A stretch of 64,000 nt of DNA from Spirochaetia bacterium (GTDB lineage: Bacteria; Spirochaetota; Spirochaetia; UBA9216), in assembly GCA_963675665.1 (NCBI GenBank), contig OY776510.1, forward strand, positions 4,864,001 through 4,928,000, in the 5' to 3' direction. The position numbers and the translations under genes were made by a program. Below the pieces are notes generated by a model. It did no database searches, had not been told where the DNA came from, and saw only the letters and a program-made list of their open reading frames with translations. Positions within the stretch are counted from its first letter, which is position 1; the number at the start of each line of letters is the position of its first letter. Below are positions 9,307-17,401 of the stretch, piece by piece.

Positions 9307-9362
9307 ATATACCACCTTTAAAATATCATATTAAATAATCTTTTACAGTTTTCATTTCATAC

Positions 9363-10352
9363 TTATTTGCTGCTGAAATTAACGTTTTCAACTTTCCGGC
9401 GTCGATAAACAAAGTAATATACGGATAAAGGCCACCAGGAAAGTGCGAAGATAGGATATACTGCCCAAACAGTGCCCGGTGACGCTATAAGATTCGTCGC
9501 AATAAACAGGAATGAGGTCAGGACCGTTCCAAAGAGTGAAAAATGCAGTTCTTTTGCCCGTTTTGGAGCAAGAACTGCCATAGGCCACCATAAAATTCCA
9601 TAAACAGGGTATATCGCCCACGGAAATCCTTTAAAAATGAAGAGGTTCAGCACTGTATAATAAACAATACCGGAAAGGCTGCAGAGCATCGTAATACCCG
9701 GTTTGCCCAGGCTTTTTTTCAGAAAAACAGAGACAGGCCACATAAGAACCGGATAATATGCAAACAACGCCCACGGCACCCCAGAAGATCGTACGAAGTT
9801 TTCAAAACTCAGGAAAACCAGAAGAAACAATGCTCCCGCAATCGAATACCCCCTTCTCATCCTGTGTTCCTGAAAAAACAGGCCCAGAGGCCACCACATA
9901 ACAGCAATAGCCGGATAATAAAACCAGATATCCGACGGAGAAAAAGTGAAATTTAAAATCAGGGCAAATACAATCACCGTGAGGCTTCCTGTAACAGAAA
10001 AGGCTTTTTTGTGTTGTTTGCCCCAGAACATCATAACAGGCCACCAGAGAATAGCGAAAGAAGGATATAGGAACCAGGGATAACCCCATGAAGTCAGATA
10101 ATTGACCGTTACCAGCAGAACAATAGTTAGCAGACTCCCCACAAGCGAAAGCAGTTTCCCGGTATACCCTGAATACGGACCGAAGATAAGCGCCAGGGGC
10201 CACCAGAGGATAGCGTATGAAGGGAAAATAAACCAGGGGAATTTCCCCCCGACAGTAAAATTGATGAATACAAAGAACAGAATCGTGATACCGCTGCCCA
10301 CAATAGAAAAGCCAATTCCGGACTTTTTGCTTTTAATATCTTGCTTATTCAT
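9363..10352 (-). CDS. Multi-pass membrane protein built from about six PW[FA].YP...WWP two-helix repeats
   Basis: Repeats PWFIFPSYAILWWP, PWFLYPSFAILWWP, IWFYYPAIAVMWWP, PWALFAYYPVLMWP, PWAIYPVYGILWWP and VWAVYPIFALSWWP. Confidence 0.8.
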   Translation of the reverse strand: MNKQDIKSKKSGIGFSIVGSGITILFFVFINFTVGGKFPWFIFPSYAILWWPLALIFGPYSGYTGKLLSLVGSLLTIVLLVTVNYLTSWGYPWFLYPSFAILWWPVMMFWGKQHKKAFSVTGSLTVIVFALILNFTFSPSDIWFYYPAIAVMWWPLGLFFQEHRMRRGYSIAGALFLLVFLSFENFVRSSGVPWALFAYYPVLMWPVSVFLKKSLGKPGITMLCSLSGIVYYTVLNLFIFKGFPWAIYPVYGILWWPMAVLAPKRAKELHFSLFGTVLTSFLFIATNLIASPGTVWAVYPIFALSWWPLSVYYFVYRRRKVENVNFSSK

Positions 10353-10944
10353 CGTTTTCGTCACCCCCGGACTCTTTGCTGCGCATATGGTTAAAAATCA
10401 TTGCCAGCGGCCACCAGAGCAAACCGAAAGCCGGATAAACAAACCAGATCGTATTGGGACTGAAATAATAATTGGTAAATATCAGGAGGGCCATAACCAG
10501 TAAATAACTGCTGATCGAAAACGGAAGACCAAAAGATTTATTATATTTGAAATGTCTCCATCTGAAAAACTGCACTATAGGCCACCAGAGAACCGCAAAT
10601 ACAGGATAAACAAACCAGATTATATACGGTGTATAGTATAAATTGATAAACACAAAAAATGCAGAGGTAAGGATTACACCCCATATTGAAAATGCGAGCG
10701 CGAGTGCCAGTTTCTTGCTTTTTTCTGTTCTCGTTCCGCTTTCCAGTTCTTTCTTCAATTCTTCTATATCGCCGAAATCCTCCATCGCAGCTTTCATGGC
10801 CTCATCTTCAGTCTGTCCCTGTGCCACAAGATCAGAGACCTTGTCCGAAAAATCCTGTATAATTTCCTGGACAATTTCCTGCTTGCGGCTGCTTTCAGGG
10901 ATTTTTTCAAAAAGACTGTTTATGCTTCTTTCAATTTTGTTCAT
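10345..10944 (-). CDS. Permease-prefix-domain-1/HAAS-type membrane protein (PadR partner)
   Basis: N-terminal helical bundle ending in G.TEDEA..AAMEDFGDIEEL, followed by two WFVYP...WWP repeats. Confidence 0.8.
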   Translation of the reverse strand: MNKIERSINSLFEKIPESSRKQEIVQEIIQDFSDKVSDLVAQGQTEDEAMKAAMEDFGDIEELKKELESGTRTEKSKKLALALAFSIWGVILTSAFFVFINLYYTPYIIWFVYPVFAVLWWPIVQFFRWRHFKYNKSFGLPFSISSYLLVMALLIFTNYYFSPNTIWFVYPAFGLLWWPLAMIFNHMRSKESGGDENDE

Positions 10945-11276
10945 TCTATACCCTCCATAAAAATATCAATAATAGCCCGCGCATTGTACCAGTTGCGGAT
11001 CTCTTCCTTCAGATATGCCGTTCCCAGACTGGTAATTTTGTAATAACGGCGGCGACTTCCAAGCGAAACATCCCCGAGATAGGTTTTAATCAGTTGCTTT
11101 TTAACCAGACGCTGGAAGACTGCATACATGCTGGCTTCCTTGATCTTGAATTCACCATTGGTCCGATTAGTAATTTCATTGGAGATCTCATAACCATAAC
11201 GATCCTTTTCAGAAATCAGCCTGAGAATAATCGCGTCCAGATGCCCTCGAATAATATCACTGCTAATCAATGGCAT
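10941..11276 (-). CDS. PadR family transcriptional regulator
   Basis: ISSDIIRGH.D.IIL, DRYGYEI, EASMY..F.RL and RRRYYKIT..G. Start at the ATG at 11276, after AAGGAGG. Confidence 0.93.
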   Translation of the reverse strand: MPLISSDIIRGHLDAIILRLISEKDRYGYEISNEITNRTNGEFKIKEASMYAVFQRLVKKQLIKTYLGDVSLGSRRRYYKITSLGTAYLKEEIRNWYNARAIIDIFMEGIE

Positions 11277-11316
11277 ACCTCCTTTAATAAATTCTTCTGC
11301 AATTACACCACACAGT

Positions 11317-11393
11317 GTACTGTCTCTCAGAGTACTGCCTGTCAGTACTCTATCTGACATAGTTATAATAATTCAAATTGTTATGTCTGTCAA
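11317..11393 (-). promoter_or_regulatory. padR promoter with chained palindromic operator candidates
   Basis: TTGACA(11393-11388)-N17-TATTAT(11370-11365). Downstream overlapping inverted repeats include GTACT-N9-AGTAC and GTACTG-N5-CAGTAC (11317-11348). Confidence 0.6.
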
Positions 11394-11504
11394 AGTAATT
11401 TTAAAAAAAAGGCTAAAAAAATAAGAAAAAAAGCAATTCCGGGGGTTCCAGGTGAATGATGATGCCTGTCACGGATAGAATCGCAGGCGAAGACCGCAGA
11501 AAAT

Positions 11505-11539
11505 CAGCCGGCCGCAACAGTATTTGTTCCAACCGGCTG
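11505..11539 (-). terminator. Stem-loop downstream of rsgA (copy 2 of the repeated hairpin)
   Basis: Minus-strand CAGCCGGUUG/CGGCCGGCUG stem with G-U pairs, followed by ATTTT. The 23-nt core is identical to 8363-8385. Confidence 0.6.
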
Positions 11540-11552
11540 TTCATCAATGGAG

Positions 11553-12674
11553 CTACCGTTTTTCTTTATAATATCTTTTTATCTGTTTTGAGATATCTTT
11601 CCAGTGCTTCTGGTCTTTACCCTGGGCATGCTCTTCCTGTTTACGCTTCAGATAATCCAGCTCCCGCTTTAAATCAAGATAATTTTCAAACCGGCGGTAT
11701 TCAAGATCACCCGAAACAAGCGCATTCTGGACTGCACATCCCGGCTCGCCCTGATGAGAACAGTCGCTGAAACGGCAATTGACGGCAAACTCCGCAATAT
11801 CGCTGAACGCATCATCCGCGCTGTCCGAATCAGCCCACAACTGCAGCTCCCGCATCCCCGGGCTGTCAACCATCAGCAGTCCGGAACCAAGGCTGAACAG
11901 TTCGCGATGGGTTGTAGTGTGTCTGCCACGCAAATCAGCTTCTCTCTGGCTTCCGGTTTTCTGCAAAACTGCCCCCGCGAGAGCATTTATCAGTGTTGAT
12001 TTTCCTACACCGGATGGACCGACCAGAGCAATAGTACTGCCTTTTTCAAGTCCGGAGGTAAGCTCTTCAAGACCTTCACCGCTTGCAGCACTGACAAGCT
12101 TTATATCCACACCCGGCGCTGATGATTCTGCAGTTAAAACAGCCGCTTCACGTTCACTTTTCGAACACAGATCAGCTTTATTAAGAACCACAATCGGAAG
12201 GGCTCCGCTGTTCCAGGCCACAGTCAGGTAACGTTCCAGCCCTGCAGCCGTAAAATTTCGCCCTCCGTTTATTGCAAAAACAAGAAAAACAACATCAATG
12301 TTTGCCGCAATGATCTGTTCTTCTGTTTTTATACCTGCCGATTTGCGCGAAAAACAGCTTCTGCGGCTGAAAACCCATTCGATAATTGCAATACCGTTAG
12401 TGATGCCGCTTTCATTCTTTTCTCCGCGCCAGGAAACCCAGTCACCGACAGCGGGGTAATCAGAAGGCATCACGGCACGGTATCTGAAAGCACCGCTGAC
12501 TTCTGCATCAATAAAACTCCCTGCTGAAACGATAAGGTACCTGCCGCGGTTCTCTCTGACTACACGGCCGAACATCAGGTCTTCTGCCGAACATCTATCA
12601 AGTTCATCCTTCTGCGGCAGGATCCCCCATTCCGAACTTTTTCCATCAGGATCAATATATATTTTATTTGTCAT
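11553..12674 (-). CDS. rsgA: Ribosome small subunit-dependent GTPase A (RsgA-family, circularly permuted GTPase)
   Basis: PAVGDWV, IAANID, NKADL (G4), GPSGVGKST (G1), GRHTTT, DSPGMRE (G3) and zinc finger CRFSDCSH.GEPGCAV. Confidence 0.93.
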   Translation of the reverse strand: MTNKIYIDPDGKSSEWGILPQKDELDRCSAEDLMFGRVVRENRGRYLIVSAGSFIDAEVSGAFRYRAVMPSDYPAVGDWVSWRGEKNESGITNGIAIIEWVFSRRSCFSRKSAGIKTEEQIIAANIDVVFLVFAINGGRNFTAAGLERYLTVAWNSGALPIVVLNKADLCSKSEREAAVLTAESSAPGVDIKLVSAASGEGLEELTSGLEKGSTIALVGPSGVGKSTLINALAGAVLQKTGSQREADLRGRHTTTHRELFSLGSGLLMVDSPGMRELQLWADSDSADDAFSDIAEFAVNCRFSDCSHQGEPGCAVQNALVSGDLEYRRFENYLDLKRELDYLKRKQEEHAQGKDQKHWKDISKQIKRYYKEKR

Positions 12675-13042
12675 CCGATTTTCTCCAGTGTTTTCTCCGC
12701 CGGAAAAGGCAGCATGGTCAGCGGCTTTGCAGCCAGCATAAAAAGCAGTTTGTCATTATCATCAGCGGCAATACGATTTGTTCTGATAAATCCGCATTTT
12801 CTGCAGCGGTGAATAACGGCCCATTCACCTGAAGGTTTAACCCATACCGATATGGGTTCCATTTCGCCCCTGCAGCCGCAACGCCTGTCTCCGCTTCGGA
12901 GATCAACATGCATGCTCCATAAACATTTGGGACAATGATTTCGCTGCCTGCCGCCGTACTCAACCGGCGCTACAGTATTGCCGCATCGGCTGCAGATAAA
13001 AGTGTCATTATTTGTATTAATGTTATGCCTGTTTCTGGACAT
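12671..13042 (-). CDS. RNHCP domain-containing zinc-ribbon protein
   Basis: FICSRCG, QRNHCPKCLWSMHVD, GDR..C.G.MEP and HRC..CG...TNRIAADD. Confidence 0.9.
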   Translation of the reverse strand: MSRNRHNINTNNDTFICSRCGNTVAPVEYGGRQRNHCPKCLWSMHVDLRSGDRRCGCRGEMEPISVWVKPSGEWAVIHRCRKCGFIRTNRIAADDNDKLLFMLAAKPLTMLPFPAEKTLEKIG

Positions 13043-13192
13043 AATTATCCCTTAAGTAAAATAATTACCGGCTGAATACCGATTTGTATAATCAGGAATA
13101 GATGCCCTGTTCTTAAAAAATATCTACGAGATTTTCTGTGAGGATTGATCGGAAAAATGCTTTTTTAGATTATATGAAACGATTGAAAAGTA

Positions 13193-13243
13193 TTATTTCC
13201 GGCAGCCCTGAACAGGAACATCCCTTAATACAAAATTCAACAT
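13193..13243 (-). CDS. Putative 16-aa leader peptide MLNFVLRDVPVQGCRK
   Basis: AAGGAGG-5nt-ATG at 13243 and TAA at 13195-13193. It lies between a sigma70 promoter and the RNHCP gene. Confidence 0.55.
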   Translation of the reverse strand: MLNFVLRDVPVQGCRK

Positions 13244-13274
13244 TAACGCCTCCTTGTAAATTTACGGTTAACTG

Positions 13275-13303
13275 ACTATAAGCGATAAATGGTAATTTGA
13301 CAA
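13275..13303 (-). promoter_or_regulatory. Sigma70-type promoter of the leader-RNHCP-rsgA unit
   Basis: TTGTCA-N17-TATAGT on the minus strand. Confidence 0.6.
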
Positions 13304-13317
13304 GACAAACTACGAAA

Positions 13318-15216
13318 ATCGAGTAGGCAGAAATCAATAAATTTCTGCCTCTCACACCACCGTACGTACCGTTCGGTATACGGCGGTTCAACCAAATAGA
13401 CTGTGGTACCTCAAATCAAGTACCACCCGATCAGCCTCCATGCGTTTCGTATGGAGTTTCTTGTAGAAATCCAGAGCATCTAACAACCCAAAGTGATTAT
13501 GAATTATATCGTTCTTCAACAGAGGATTCATAACACCGGCCATTTTCCAATAAGAGTTGCTTCCAAGTTTCCAATGGCTCAGAACAGAATCACTAACGCC
13601 TAATTGTCTCAAACGATGTTTTCTATTCCTTCCGGTTTTCCACTGTTTCCAAAGATATTGGCGAATGCGTCTTCTTGTCCACTCCACCAACCTTTCGAGG
13701 TAGTTTTTCATGGAGCTTCTTGCGAAGTATCCTATCCATCCTCTGAACATGCTGTTAAGCTCTTTAATAACCGTTTCAATCTTTACTCCTCTGTTACGTC
13801 GGGTAATTAGTCTGATACGGTCTTCGAGCTTCTTAAGTTTCTTCTTTTGAGGATAGACTATTCCTAATATTTCCTGTTTCCCGTAGGTCAAGAAGGTGAA
13901 TCCGAGGAAGGAAGAGCCCGCGGCTTTTCGCGCCTCTGTCTTTTCCATATTCACTTTAAGTTTTAATTTTCGCTCAAGATAGCTTTTCACACTATCTCTC
14001 ACCCGGTAAGAAGACCTCTTGCTCTTTGTGAAGATGTTACAGTCATCTGCGTACCTGACAAAACGTAATCCCCGCTTTTCCAATTCCTTGTCATACGGGG
14101 TTAGATAAATATTTGACAGTAGTGGAGACAGCGGTCCCCCCTGAGGTGTTCCCAAGGCTGTGGCCATCATACTTCCATCCGTCATCACTCCGCTTTTTAA
14201 GAATACGTAGATGAGCCTCCTGATGTCCTTATCGTCCATGTGTTTGTCTATCAAACTCATTAGGATGTCATGGTTTACAGTGTCGAAGAACTTGGATAAA
14301 TCCAAATCAACTACATGGGTGTATCCTTCGGACATGTAGGTCTGGGCGAGTCGAACCGCATCTTCTGCGCTTCTGTTCGGTCGAAACCCAAAACTAAAGT
14401 CGCTGAAAGTCGGTTCAAACACCGGAGTTAAAACCTGAACCATAGCCTGTTGGATTACACGGTCTATTACCGTGGGGATCCCCAGAAGTCGTACGCCCCC
14501 GTTGTCTTTTGGTATTTCTACTCGCAGTACTGGTTTTGGTTTGTACTTCCTGCTCAAAATCTGCCTGCATATTTCAGGATAGTTCGCCTCGAAGTATTTC
14601 GGGAGTTCTTCTACTCCCATTCCATCCACTCCACAGGCACCTTTATTTGCCATCACCTTTCTGACAGCTTCCTGAATATTTGCAGGGGAAATCAGTTGTT
14701 CGCATAGATTGGTATTCGGTATTAACTTGTCGTCCTTTCTCATGTGTTCCTTTCTACTCTGAATTATCCCCTGTGAAGACTTTTTTTTTCGTCGTTCGGA
14801 TTATCAGGTAGGCCTTTCCGCTTTGAAAGGTATTTGATTGTTCAGCCCTTCATGATGTTTCCTCATCACTACTATGGCTTCTGCTGACTTCTCATGGCAA
14901 GCTTTACTCCGTCTATAATAAGCGATATTGCAGCCTAAGACGTCCATGAGACCTCCCCCGTTAAGGATAATGACTTTCCTTCCATGTAACCGCCACATTT
15001 ACTTCATCAGTTGTAGTGCGGATTTCGTCACTTTTAGCAAACTCGTCCACTGATAAAGCCTTATATGTGATTTCTGTTCGTCGGTTCGGAAATTTGCCTC
15101 ATGCTTCCTTCAGACCCAGCCTCACGACTACGCCCTTGCTGTCAGCTAACAGTTTCTTTAACACTACCACCTGTAACGGACTCTCACCGTCAAGTCATTA
15201 CCCATGCAGGGCAAAC
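13318..15216 (-). mobile_element. Group II intron, bacterial class C (IIC)
   Basis: 5' end GTTTGCCCTGCATGGG...GGTGAGAGTCC directly after a terminator U-tract. Domain V GAACCGCCGTATACCGAACGGTACGTACGGTGGTGT (about 13389-13354, CGC triad), domain VI hairpin, and 3' end CTACTCGAT. Confidence 0.9.
13388..14743 (-). CDS. ltrA: Group II intron reverse transcriptase/maturase (no endonuclease domain)
   Basis: NKGACGVDG, RLLGIPTVIDRVIQQA, DLDLSKFFD, GTPQGGPLSPLLSNIYL, RYADD, FLGF and X-domain RGWIGYF. Confidence 0.96.
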   Translation of the reverse strand: MRKDDKLIPNTNLCEQLISPANIQEAVRKVMANKGACGVDGMGVEELPKYFEANYPEICRQILSRKYKPKPVLRVEIPKDNGGVRLLGIPTVIDRVIQQAMVQVLTPVFEPTFSDFSFGFRPNRSAEDAVRLAQTYMSEGYTHVVDLDLSKFFDTVNHDILMSLIDKHMDDKDIRRLIYVFLKSGVMTDGSMMATALGTPQGGPLSPLLSNIYLTPYDKELEKRGLRFVRYADDCNIFTKSKRSSYRVRDSVKSYLERKLKLKVNMEKTEARKAAGSSFLGFTFLTYGKQEILGIVYPQKKKLKKLEDRIRLITRRNRGVKIETVIKELNSMFRGWIGYFARSSMKNYLERLVEWTRRRIRQYLWKQWKTGRNRKHRLRQLGVSDSVLSHWKLGSNSYWKMAGVMNPLLKNDIIHNHFGLLDALDFYKKLHTKRMEADRVVLDLRYHSLFG

Positions 15217-15247
15217 TAAAAAAGGGCTGCCAACATTGGGCAGCCCT
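15217..15247 (-). terminator. Rho-independent terminator of the OMP-lipoprotein operon; target of the class C intron
   Basis: AGGGCTGCC-7nt-GGCAGCCCT followed by a T run on the minus strand. Confidence 0.85.
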
Positions 15248-15268
15248 GCTATCATTTTCGATCCCTGA

Positions 15269-17392
15269 TCAGAAGTGAAATTCGTAATAATCGTAGTCGT
15301 AACTTTGAGAATCATAACTGCTGATCCAGGAAAAAAGCGGATTTAAAGCTCCCGACAGAACCGTAGCATCGCTCATGGTGTCATTATTCTCATAATTGTC
15401 GTCGCTTCTCAGAGCATTTGGTATATAGATCGTATTAATTTCATCAATATAGGATGGCACAATTCTCCATGTACAGGATGTATTGTCAGCATCGGAATAT
15501 AAGAGAACTCCATGATCTTCATCATAGGGAATACTAATATTCATAACTCCATATACATATGGTCCGCTGTAATAGTCATTCAACCACTCAATGTCAGCAA
15601 TTTGGGACCAAAGAGTTTCATAATAACGAAAGTACTGCGTGTATCTATCTTCCGACGTCGCTTTATTCGGAAGACAGACCAGAATTCTGGCATTCAGATT
15701 ACCGCCGTCATCAACAACAACAAATGCAGGACTGTCGGAAGGATCCTCGGGAATATTATTGTCCTCATCCGTTTCAGCAACTGCATCTCCGCTGTCGACA
15801 ACTGCATAAACTGTGTAGAACCCGCCGTTTTCGCCGTCAGGAAAGATGGCATCGTAGGTTACAAGCTTTTTACCCGGCGCCAGGTCATCGGTTACGGTTG
15901 TTGAACCAAGTTCTATATCATCCGGAGCAGAAGGATTCAGACCTGCATTGGGACTTGCGTAGAACGATATTGTAAAATCTGTGGTTACTGTATCGCTGCC
16001 GCTGTTTTTAATAGCAACCGATACCGGCACTGTTCCGCCGTCGGCGTCCGCCAGGCTTTGGGTTAATGATGTGCTGATATAGGAAACTTCCAGGTCTATG
16101 TCCTTGCTGACAATATCCAGATTTACCGTACCTGTGTCCGGCTCATCATCCCATTCGGTAAGACTTCCGGTGATTGCGGCGCCTATATCATATGAGCCCT
16201 CCGTCATTGATGCCGGGTACACCGAACCGTCGCCGGCTACGGCATAGAGAACAATCTCGTTACCGTTTCCGCTGCCGTCGACGTCCCACGGCACGGCAGG
16301 GCATGAAGCCGCGGCCCAGGTGTGAAGCACGGTATCATCCGCGGCAATGTATTCGCCGTCGGCAACAGTATCGTAGTAAAGAACTACACTGTATGCATTT
16401 GCAGCCGCTGCGGCATAACCGTCATTTGAAATCGTAACCGCGGCCTCAACCGCACCCCCGGCCAATGCGTAACCGGGCAGATCTACTGCGGAAATCCATA
16501 AATCGGGTTGAGCGGTCCCTGAATACAGCCAAAATGAATCTGTTCCGCCCTCGTTGATCTCGGTGATGGCATCATCGGGATCAACCGTGGCTCTTAAAAG
16601 ATCCGACCAGTCGTCGACATCAGCCTCGGCAACAGTTTCATCCGTCGCCATATTGGCAATGCTCGGCATGGTAATATCTGCCGTGCCGGTAACAAAGGCA
16701 TTCGGATACAGGGCCGCAGCCAGAACAACCGATGCCGTGCCGAATTCCGTATATGTTCCCAAGATATCCACTTCAAAGCTTACGGCTATGGTCGTGCCTT
16801 CGCCAAGGACCTTGTTTCCGGCATTTGTGATTTTAAACCATACCGGGAAAACAGATCCCGCGACTCTATAGACGGACGGCGGGTTAATGAAATTAATTTC
16901 AAGGTCCGCTTCATTTGTCGCTCCTACTATCAACTGGACAACAGAGATATTAAGAAGTTTTCCGTTTATTTCAACGGCAGGATCCCCCGCAGTGGCTTCA
17001 AACGACGCAAAGAGGTAAATCGGAACGGGATCGGCAACCGGAGTTCCCGCAGGAACATCAAGCTCAATAACAGTCTCAGAACCAGCCGCGATACTCCTGG
17101 TACCTGCCGCGATGTTATCACCCTCGGTGGACAGATCGTAATCACTGCTGATTGTAAAACTTACCTCGTAACTCCCTTCGGAAGAATTACTGTGCTGATC
17201 ATTTATGTAAACCGGAACATATATTTTACCGGCCACTGCTGTCCTGACTGATGATATTCCTTCTGCAGGGCTGAAGACGCCAAGGGATATCATCATGTCG
17301 GAAGGCAGGTCGCTGTTCAGCACCCCGGGGCATCCGGTAAAGACCAGCGCCGCGAGCAGAACAGCCGCTATTATTAATATTTTCTTAAACAT
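15269..17392 (-). CDS. Acidic surface lipoprotein with CARDB/Ig-like repeats
   Basis: Lipobox LVFTGC. CARDB-like motifs DL.I...V..I.N.G and VD..DAI.E.NE / VDSGDAVAETDEDNN. Asp/Glu-rich. Confidence 0.75.
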   Translation of the reverse strand: MFKKILIIAAVLLAALVFTGCPGVLNSDLPSDMMISLGVFSPAEGISSVRTAVAGKIYVPVYINDQHSNSSEGSYEVSFTISSDYDLSTEGDNIAAGTRSIAAGSETVIELDVPAGTPVADPVPIYLFASFEATAGDPAVEINGKLLNISVVQLIVGATNEADLEINFINPPSVYRVAGSVFPVWFKITNAGNKVLGEGTTIAVSFEVDILGTYTEFGTASVVLAAALYPNAFVTGTADITMPSIANMATDETVAEADVDDWSDLLRATVDPDDAITEINEGGTDSFWLYSGTAQPDLWISAVDLPGYALAGGAVEAAVTISNDGYAAAAANAYSVVLYYDTVADGEYIAADDTVLHTWAAASCPAVPWDVDGSGNGNEIVLYAVAGDGSVYPASMTEGSYDIGAAITGSLTEWDDEPDTGTVNLDIVSKDIDLEVSYISTSLTQSLADADGGTVPVSVAIKNSGSDTVTTDFTISFYASPNAGLNPSAPDDIELGSTTVTDDLAPGKKLVTYDAIFPDGENGGFYTVYAVVDSGDAVAETDEDNNIPEDPSDSPAFVVVDDGGNLNARILVCLPNKATSEDRYTQYFRYYETLWSQIADIEWLNDYYSGPYVYGVMNISIPYDEDHGVLLYSDADNTSCTWRIVPSYIDEINTIYIPNALRSDDNYENNDTMSDATVLSGALNPLFSWISSYDSQSYDYDYYEFHF

Positions 17393-17401
17393 AAGGGCCC
17401 C

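Noticed and set aside
13388-14743. RT as a retron, DGR or defence-associated RT
   Set aside because: It has a maturase X domain, flanking domain V/VI and a class C 5' end after a terminator, so it is an ordinary group II intron.
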